A DNA stretch of 64,000 nucleotides, taken from assembly GCA_004764695.1 (NCBI GenBank), contig SMSO01000036.1, positions 2,170,001 to 2,234,000 on the forward strand, in the 5' to 3' direction. Below are positions 56,608 through 64,000 of this stretch, piece by piece. A model generated the notes under the pieces. The model saw only the letters and a program-made list of their open reading frames with translations. It was not told the origin of the DNA and ran no database searches. This DNA comes from Schizochytrium sp. TIO01 (taxonomy: Eukaryota; Protista; Bigyra: Labyrinthulomycetes). The first letter of the stretch is position 1, and each line of letters begins with the position of its first letter. Made by a program: the position numbers and the translations under genes.

Positions 56608-57897
56608 ATGCCAAGCAAAGAAAGACGAAAGCGGTCAACAACACCCAAAAGAAAACAACCGCATCTGGAATCTAAAGAGGGAGACTCGGATGTTCGAAAA
56701 GAGGATGCAGCAGAGGAGGAGCAAGACGAAGATGTAGAGTTCCGTCACCAGCATGATGATAACAATAATAATGGAAGCGACAAGGACTACGCGAGCTCAA
56801 ATAGCACACAGAAACACGGCATCAAGGAAAGATCAATAAAGAAGAAACCTGTTGAAAACTTTAAATCCCATCAAGAGAATAAATCACCCCAAAAGCACTT
56901 GAAGAAGCTCAGAATTAAACGGGGAAAAAAAATGAGACAGCGCCTTCATGAGAAAAACGAAGAGATCGAGAAGGCTTATCTGTCATCAGTCCCAGGGAAC
57001 TTTACAAATCATACGTCTTCAAAGAACGGAACTCAGTCAGCACCACTGCTAGGACATCAAAGCAAAGCGGGGTTAAGTTCTCCCCTCTCGCCTCTCGCAC
57101 CCGAAGACTCCATTCTACCAATCGAGGTTTTTGAAGCTTCACCATCCCCCAAAGAAGCCGACCACTATTCACTTTACGGATACCGAGCGGATGTACTTGG
57201 GGAACAGCTATCGCTGGAGTCGTGTCCTGGAATACAAATCATTGTTGACGATCTAAGTGAGTCTGAGCACGACCCAAAGCTCGATCCTAACACAACAACC
57301 GAATCAGAGATTTCGCTTGCTGAATTTAATAGTCTGCAGAGTGTAGACAGTCGAGTTGAGGCTTTGAGGGTTGAGATGCAGAGACTACATACACTGTACT
57401 CGCAGTCGCATGAAGTTTCTCAAGATGCATTTGCACGTTCCTTGAGTAAAATTATGATTGCTTTAGAAAAACAGCGAATAGGGTTACGTCGAATCCAAAG
57501 TGCTAGTCAGGCTGCACGAGAAAAGCTTCAAAGTGATCTTGAAGAGCGAACTCGGTGTACAGAGAGAGCACGTCAAGAGCAGCGGCGACGGATCATGCAA
57601 CAACGGCAGCAAGCCAGGAGAATCGAACATTATAAGAAATGGAGTTCGCCTTCCCATTCAGTAGAGAGTAGGACTACGCTTGGCCAATCTCATCCAAAAT
57701 CTGTAAAGAAACCCGAAACTATTGAGGAAGTAAAAGAGGAGACTTCAAAGCCAAAATTAAAAAGAATCCCAAAGGAATTAGTATTGTCAAACCCTCAAGC
57801 ATCATTACTAGCGAATCTGCCTCGTGGCGTTCGAAGCCCGATCAGGCAGCTGCACGAATCCAAACTCCTTGTTCCTGTTCGCTCTGAGCGTCGATAA
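56608..57897 (+). CDS. Hypothetical protein, disordered with C-terminal coiled coil
   Basis: 429-aa ORF with a CCACCATG start; charged low-complexity N-terminus and a heptad-like E/R/Q-rich region; no family recognised. Confidence 0.65.
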   Translation: MPSKERRKRSTTPKRKQPHLESKEGDSDVRKEDAAEEEQDEDVEFRHQHDDNNNNGSDKDYASSNSTQKHGIKERSIKKKPVENFKSHQENKSPQKHLKKLRIKRGKKMRQRLHEKNEEIEKAYLSSVPGNFTNHTSSKNGTQSAPLLGHQSKAGLSSPLSPLAPEDSILPIEVFEASPSPKEADHYSLYGYRADVLGEQLSLESCPGIQIIVDDLSESEHDPKLDPNTTTESEISLAEFNSLQSVDSRVEALRVEMQRLHTLYSQSHEVSQDAFARSLSKIMIALEKQRIGLRRIQSASQAAREKLQSDLEERTRCTERARQEQRRRIMQQRQQARRIEHYKKWSSPSHSVESRTTLGQSHPKSVKKPETIEEVKEETSKPKLKRIPKELVLSNPQASLLANLPRGVRSPIRQLHESKLLVPVRSERR

Positions 57898-58236
57898 CAT
57901 TATATTTTGAAGGCAAAAAACTTAATCAGGTCGAAAGTTTCTAATAATGTATAACTAGCATTTGAAATTAATTTAAATTCGCTACAGCTTCAAAGTCTGA
58001 TCTCTGGGGTGAAGTACACTCTTCCTTTCACAGCCAATCCACGCAAGAACGAATACGCACCAAGCACGAGAGGATTCGAAAGCAAGCCTGAAGTCTAAGG
58101 TGTCAAAGAAACGAATTGTATGAGTTTATTAAACCGCCATTCTTGTTTACTGTATTTGTTTTTGGAAGTGCATACATGTCAAAACGTTGTGTGGAAATTC
58201 CACAAGCAAGCCCCATAGTTACCTTTCATACGCTTT

Positions 58237-58260
58237 GAGAGAGAGAGAGAGAGAGAGAGA
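58237..58260. repeat. (GA)n microsatellite just downstream of VPS37
   Basis: gagagagaga run. Confidence 0.9.
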
Positions 58261-58304
58261 TTGGCAAGCGATCTTGACAAAAGTCAGGTAGTCGAGCAGT
58301 AGAA

Positions 58305-59351
58305 CTAGTTTCTCTTAAGCTCGAACCGAAATCGTTCTGCCTTTGCCTTGCGGAGGTGGTAAAGCTTACGAAGCTCCATTTCCCGCTTGATGAAGTCAGA
58401 GAGTGGGATTTCTTCTCCAAGAAACTCGCTTGCTAGGAGCTCTGACTCGTCGTCAATCTTCTTGCAGCTTGACTCTAGCTGTGTTAGCAAGCGAAGGGGA
58501 TCGTACTGCTTCATAGCTTCATCCTGCTTTGCTTCAAGCTTCTTGAAAGAGTTCCATCTTGCAACTGCCTGTTGCTGCAGCTTGAGAACATCGGCCTGAA
58601 GATTTTCAATGCTGTCTTTAAAGGTAAGGTTCGTTTCGGCTTGCTGGACATTATTTTTGATAATCTGAGCCTTGGTGTCATTCGTCATGGTCGGCATAGG
58701 CAAATTTTCGAAAAAGGAGGTAAACTCTTCGGAATCGTTCTGAAGTTTTTCAAGCTCCTCAATAGTCATATTGTCAAGCTCAGGAAACTTGTCAGGGACA
58801 TGTGGAATGAAGACAAGGTCCGAGTCCGAATCATTGCGTGGGCGCGCGGATGTCTGAGATTGAAGCGGTGGCATCGAGGAGCGCTGCGCACTACTCTGTA
58901 CAGAGGAGCTGTTTGTTGTGTGACCATAAGGGGGCGGGGTAGACTGCCTCCGTTGCTGACTCATGGCGTTGGGGTACCCTGGTGTGTCTCCAACAGTCGG
59001 CGGGCAAGACACAAATTGATGGATAATATCGGCAATGACCTGTGTCAAGCGACTGTGCGAGTCCCACTTGATCAGGCTCTGGCACTTGGTGATCTTCCCG
59101 TTTACGTCAATCCACGGATGGCGAACACCAAGAGGTGCAATAACGTTTGCGGAAGGCGGTCCAATCGGAAACTCAGGCGGAAGGGTGATTCTAATAATAG
59201 CCGTAAATGACTGACCTCCACGGCTGACCTGCAGACCAAAATCTAAGACTGAATTATCAGGACTTCGGGACGCACAGTGCGGATGTTGTTCAAAAACCTC
59301 TCTAATTTGCGCTTCTCGAGTCTTGTGGACACCGTGCACATTCATTGCCAT
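58305..59351 (-). CDS. VPS37: ESCRT-I subunit VPS37 (VPS37A-like, UEV plus Mod(r))
   Basis: UEV-like ITLPPEFPIGPP...HPWID N-domain; Pro/Ser linker with PPPY; FPELDNMTIEEL, a coiled coil and ESELLASEFL...FIKREMELRKLYHLRKAKAE Mod(r) end. Confidence 0.85.
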   Translation of the reverse strand: MAMNVHGVHKTREAQIREVFEQHPHCASRSPDNSVLDFGLQVSRGGQSFTAIIRITLPPEFPIGPPSANVIAPLGVRHPWIDVNGKITKCQSLIKWDSHSRLTQVIADIIHQFVSCPPTVGDTPGYPNAMSQQRRQSTPPPYGHTTNSSSVQSSAQRSSMPPLQSQTSARPRNDSDSDLVFIPHVPDKFPELDNMTIEELEKLQNDSEEFTSFFENLPMPTMTNDTKAQIIKNNVQQAETNLTFKDSIENLQADVLKLQQQAVARWNSFKKLEAKQDEAMKQYDPLRLLTQLESSCKKIDDESELLASEFLGEEIPLSDFIKREMELRKLYHLRKAKAERFRFELKRN

Positions 59352-60455
59352 AGGTTCCTTGTAAAGATGTTCTCCAAAATACTACAAGCTTTCACAATTA
59401 GTCTCCCGCGTTTTCGCAGTTTCTCAACTTTTTAATACTTTGGATTGCAGGTTTCTAATGCGCTCCTTAACCGATCTTGCACTTCCCCAAAGACTCAATG
59501 AAGAGGCTTTAGTAGCCTAAGATCTATGTCTAGGCCCTGCTCTTGCGCTGCCCAAAGTCGAAGAGAGACCTTGGCTTCGCAGAAACTCGCTCCGTGCACG
59601 AGGCCCAACTCTCCCGGGACTCCAATCTCTTGCAAGGAAGCTCGCTATCGAGCACCAAACACAACTTCAGCAATCTATTCAAACCAGACCTTCGTCTGTA
59701 GGGCGACCGTGATGAGCAATTGCTCGTTGGAGTGGCGAGGACGAGGATGCTGTTGCTTGAGAAATCGTTGATTGTTTAGTGTACCTAAGTACTGAGTACT
59801 ATTCGCTTTACTTTTGATCGAATTCTTTCTTCTTTCTTCTTCTTTCCAGTATCTAGTAAAGTTTAGAACGCGAAAAGAACGAAAGAACAGGCTTCAGATT
59901 CGTAAACTTTAACCTGAGTGGATTTGGGTTCGTCAGCTGATGCTTGATTTTCAAGAAAATGAAGGACCATGGATTACAATTGAGCCACCCTAATATCGTA
60001 TATCCACCTGAAGTTGTTGCCCCAAGGACACATTTGAGCAGCTCTATTTACAAATCTAAAGTTATAGTTGAACATTAATAGAACTTCGCGTATGCCAATA
60101 TCCCCAATAAGGCTTTTGCCAACTTCAAAGCATTACTGTCTCTCTAAAAACTACAGATTCTGCTTAGGTGCATCTTCAAGCCCTCAATGGGCTCACTCGC
60201 TCGAACAAACATCACGAAATGTAATATGGCTAGTATGTATAGATAGGTAGCAAGCTAGGACTCAGCCGGAATAAAACTGGGTTGTGCAAATACGAAATTG
60301 GGTTGCGCAGACCCCGAGACCAGTCAGTGGTCCTGATAAAGGATTACGGCTTTGCGAGAAGTGGAGCTCGAGCGGAAGGTCCTCGAGGGCAATTGCAGAA
60401 TCTGGCGAGCGCAGCGCGAGCCAGGGAGGAAGTCGCTGGTATTGAGCTTGCAATA

Positions 60456-63218
60456 ATGGACTTCTCTACTGCATCTCGCCGTTCGCTACGAAAGTATGAG
60501 CATGAGAAGCGAGGTCGTGAAGTTGCGGAGCGCCAAGCGTCTAAGAAACGGGCTCTAGAGCGCAAGCAACGCAAGAATGCTGAAAAGGCACGCCTTGCTC
60601 GTGAGATTCTTGTAGTTCCTGCAAATGAGGGTCAAAATGATAATGAAGAAGGTGGCGAGGTGGAGATGAAGCAACTGAAGGATACAGGTAAATTGTCTTC
60701 AGATGTGCTCAAAGCGCTGCAGAATGAGGAAGAGCGAGGCCAATCCAAGAAACGCCAACGTGAAGATCGCAGGCAGCGAGGTGTGGAAAGTAAGATGTGG
60801 CGGCACTTTGACCGCAAGAACGCAGACGATGCCAACGCCTATTTTACGGAATACTATCAGCACCGGCTTGGCATGGACGCGGAGGACTGGGGTAAGCTTG
60901 CAGCTTCGCTTGCGACAAACCTGAAGGTAACTTTCCGTCTTAATAGGGGACGCTATCCGCTCACTGCGGCAGCGCTCGATGCGAAACTCCGTGATGAGTT
61001 TCAATTCAAGGGAAGTTTTGTACGGATTGGCATGGACCAGATTCTGCAGTCTGGTGAGGTTGTCAAGCCTACAGAATGGGCTCGTGATATTTGGCAACTT
61101 GGCACAGATCGTATTGGTTTCAGCAAGGCGAAGACTCTTGCGCCGCTTTACGATACGATCAGTAGAGAAGCTGCGCTTGGCCATTTGGCTCGCCAAGGTG
61201 TAGCAAGTATGCTGCCTGCTATGGCGCTCCGTCCCAAGGAAGGCGATGTCGTTCTTGACATGTGTGGTGCCCCCGGCAGCAAGTCTGAGCAGGTTCTACA
61301 GATGATTGGTAGCCACGGTGCACTTGTTACTAACGACTCGGACCCCAAACGTCTTCAGTCTGTTCTTCGACGTCTGCGCAACGTAAGTCACCCGAACCAT
61401 CTCGTCATTTGCAGCCGTGGTCAGGACCTTGCTCACAACGCTGGAGCTCATGTCTTTGACGGCATTATTTGTGATGTACCATGCAGTGGAGATGGTACGA
61501 TCCGCAAATACCCCCACCTTTGGCGGCGTTGGCGTCCTCGCCACGGTATCCAGCTTCACGAGCTTCAGCTTGAGCTTGCCATCAGCGCAGCAAGCCTTTT
61601 GAAGGTCGGGGGCCGTATGGTATACTCCACCTGCGCTCTTAATCCGGTTGAAGATGAGGCTGTTGTCGCAGCACTTCTCAAGGCCACTGGCGGAGCCTTG
61701 CGTCTTGTAAAAATCGATCTTGGAAACTTTCGCACGCGCCCGGGTATGGCCACTTGGACCATTGACGATGAAACTGCAAACGCCGGTCTTGACCTGTCTG
61801 ATGATGAAGATAACGAAGAAGGAAACGCCGTCGAAAAGGAGTCTGATCGAAAGCGTGTGAAGTCCAGTAGCTCGCTGTCACGCAAGTCTAAGAAGAAGGC
61901 ACGTCGTCCTGAGCGTGTTACGGTAACTCCTACAATGGAGCCTCCTACGGATTCTAAAATTGCTGCAACGCTAAAGCACTGCGCCCGCGTCCTCTCGCAC
62001 GACAACGACACGGAGGGATTCTTCCTTGCTGTCTTGGAAAAGGTCAAGTCTTGGGATTCTAAAACTGCGGCTAAAAAGAGTGCCGAAGACAGCAAAGACC
62101 TGCTTGCAAAGGTTGGCTTTAACGCACGTGTCAATTCCGATGTCAAGCTACGCCGCATCAATTTTGACGAAGATCCCCCTTCGGTGCTTTACCAAGCATT
62201 AGAAGCCCAAGTTGGTCTATCGGAAGATTGTGATGGCGTTATCCGCTTCCGCAACCTTCGCTATCCGAACCAAGAAGGTGACTTGCACTATGCAGCCGCC
62301 CTCCTCAGCAAGGAGGCAAACACGCTTATCGAGAAACCCTGGCTCCGCTCGGGAGCTGTGCCGCTTCTTCGAGCTGGTGCTGAGATTGCCATTACGCAGA
62401 CAAAGGACTCGCCTGAAATTCTTTTCCGTACGATTCCCCAGGCTGGAACAGCTCTCGCGGAGGCACTCATTGACAACACCCAGGAGCCCATTCATGACAT
62501 TGCAGAATTGCAGGACAAGGATGCGCTTGGTATGTGCATTATGCCTGGCGACATGCTTTCTCTGTTGCAGATTGTTATGGGAGCTGTGAATGCTAATGCT
62601 GAGGCCGATCAGATGAGTGATGAAGAGGATGACGATGATCGCCCATCCAGAAGGAAGAAGAAGAAGAATGCCAGCCCTGTCCTCGTGGAAATTGGCCAAT
62701 GCGTTGCGGTCCTTGATGACGAAGACTACGAGGAAGATGAGCTCGACATGTGCCAGCATCCAGTATCTAACCGTATTGTTGACAGTCCAGTCTATGCTAA
62801 CCTTACTTTCGCTGTGAAACCGTTCGAGATTCCTGACGAATCTAAGCCATCAACTACAGAAGACGTGGTAGAGGAGGAGACCGAGGCGCCTAAGCGCCGC
62901 ATGTCTAAGGCTGAGCGGAAGCGTCTTAAGAAGCAAGCTAAAGGTGGAGACAAGGGTGCTCAAAGTGCTTCACCCAAGAAGGACCTCACGAAAGAGGAAA
63001 CAAAACTTCCTCCTTTTGATATGTTTGCGGATACTCCAGCAGCTCCTTTCGAATTTGTCTTGCAGTTCCGCAAGGTCTCTCCAAGCCACCTGGAGGTCAT
63101 CACCGACTATTCTCGCGTTATGAGCTATGGTCTCACTCTCCAACACCACCTTCAACATTTTGGAGGTGACGAGGATGACGAAGAGGAAGTTGACGAAGAG
63201 GAAGGCGATTTCGAGTAG
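60456..63218 (+). CDS. NOL1/NOP2/Sun-family RNA (cytosine-5)-methyltransferase, NSUN2/Trm4-like
   Basis: ASMLPA, VLDMCGAPGSKS (motif I), DVPCSGDG (motif IV), MVYSTCALNPVEDE (motif VI), DTEGFFLAVL. First ATG (MDFSTASRR) at 60456. Confidence 0.92.
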   Translation: MDFSTASRRSLRKYEHEKRGREVAERQASKKRALERKQRKNAEKARLAREILVVPANEGQNDNEEGGEVEMKQLKDTGKLSSDVLKALQNEEERGQSKKRQREDRRQRGVESKMWRHFDRKNADDANAYFTEYYQHRLGMDAEDWGKLAASLATNLKVTFRLNRGRYPLTAAALDAKLRDEFQFKGSFVRIGMDQILQSGEVVKPTEWARDIWQLGTDRIGFSKAKTLAPLYDTISREAALGHLARQGVASMLPAMALRPKEGDVVLDMCGAPGSKSEQVLQMIGSHGALVTNDSDPKRLQSVLRRLRNVSHPNHLVICSRGQDLAHNAGAHVFDGIICDVPCSGDGTIRKYPHLWRRWRPRHGIQLHELQLELAISAASLLKVGGRMVYSTCALNPVEDEAVVAALLKATGGALRLVKIDLGNFRTRPGMATWTIDDETANAGLDLSDDEDNEEGNAVEKESDRKRVKSSSSLSRKSKKKARRPERVTVTPTMEPPTDSKIAATLKHCARVLSHDNDTEGFFLAVLEKVKSWDSKTAAKKSAEDSKDLLAKVGFNARVNSDVKLRRINFDEDPPSVLYQALEAQVGLSEDCDGVIRFRNLRYPNQEGDLHYAAALLSKEANTLIEKPWLRSGAVPLLRAGAEIAITQTKDSPEILFRTIPQAGTALAEALIDNTQEPIHDIAELQDKDALGMCIMPGDMLSLLQIVMGAVNANAEADQMSDEEDDDDRPSRRKKKKNASPVLVEIGQCVAVLDDEDYEEDELDMCQHPVSNRIVDSPVYANLTFAVKPFEIPDESKPSTTEDVVEEETEAPKRRMSKAERKRLKKQAKGGDKGAQSASPKKDLTKEETKLPPFDMFADTPAAPFEFVLQFRKVSPSHLEVITDYSRVMSYGLTLQHHLQHFGGDEDDEEEVDEEEGDFE

Positions 63219-63745
63219 GCACAACATAGCTTTCCTACCCAATAGACTAAAGTATTCTTTGATTGATTTTGTTATCCACTAACTATATTTCCAAGAGTTG
63301 CATAACTTGAATAGCTATATTATCTTAATTTTGGGCTTTACGGATACAGATTCCTGTCTAGGGCGACTTCCTTTGTTGCCTAAACGGTTAAGATATTCAC
63401 TGTCCATTGCCCTCGCTGTGTATTTTAATTTATGTGCAGCTGGTCAGTAATCAATGTGGGAGCTATAAACTGCACTACTAATAGAAGGTAATTTTTCTAG
63501 CAGAGGTCTAGCTGAGGCACAAAACTGGTGCTTGTTACATAACCTTGGTGTCCTTGTAATGAGATTGGTTGTAGGCCTTCGCTAGTGCTTAAATTCTTGA
63601 TGTGCTGTTTAGAGCTGTGAACATCATTTGTACAATAGAAAATCTTAAAATAATTATCAAACATGTGAAAGAACCAAACTCTTGGAGTTCCTGGGTTCTT
63701 TGATTTAGCGTAACATAGTCTGTGGATTGGGCAGTTTCTCTGCTC

Positions 63746-64000
63746 TTAGAACGATGTCTGCAGGAGATTCAAGGTAGGGGGCGCCTGCCGTTTCGGAATG
63801 TAGTATTTTTGCGAGAACTCATGATTTCCGGAACGACGTTCCTGATGGGTTGATGAAGTTGTCCGCATCCAAATTAGATGTACTCCGTCTTGCACTCGGT
63901 GTGATTTCGCGACCTGCGAAAGTGTTGCTGTCCTGCCTCTCAAGCGTGTCTGTAAATCCAAGTAAGGCCATAACACGGTTATATACGCTTGCCCATGAGT
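63746..64000 (-). CDS. Possible 3' end of a gene extending beyond the window
   Basis: Frame is open from the window end to the stop at 63746; no recognisable motif. Confidence 0.3.
   Translation of the reverse strand, partial: THGQAYITVLWPYLDLQTRLRGRTATLSQVAKSHRVQDGVHLIWMRTTSSTHQERRSGNHEFSQKYYIPKRQAPPTLNLLQTSF

Overview
Eukaryotic, essentially intron-free, gene-dense genomic DNA. Long single-exon ORFs, an axonemal dynein, eIF3d, ESCRT-I and microsatellite-rich AT/GC-mixed intergenic DNA point to a flagellated protist, most plausibly a thraustochytrid/labyrinthulomycete (inference, not verified). About 15 genes are supported: a 5'-partial SDR, a secreted YHYH protein, an ankyrin/Nudix-like protein, eIF3d, an ankyrin-FN3 protein, a CLPTM1-family protein, a myristoylated acidic repeat protein, a glutathione peroxidase, SelO, a stand-alone HxGH cytidylyltransferase, a GH31 glycosidase, a DNAH6-like dynein heavy chain, a coiled-coil hypothetical, VPS37 and an NSUN-type RNA m5C methyltransferase. 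Main signals the ORF track misses: (1) the GPx is one gene read through an in-frame TGA at the catalytic position (selenocysteine), with non-canonical SECIS-like hairpins downstream and a Cys-type SelO as the next recognisable gene, both with mitochondrial-like presequences; (2) the GH31 carries the full sulfoquinovosidase (YihQ) signature and is fused to a multi-pass membrane N-terminus; (3) the ~4,200-aa dynein is split by six single-base frameshifts with no nonsense codons, and a seventh frameshift hides a degenerate Nudix domain on the ankyrin protein. These frameshifts may be assembly errors. No rRNA, tRNA, CRISPR array or intact transposon was recognised.
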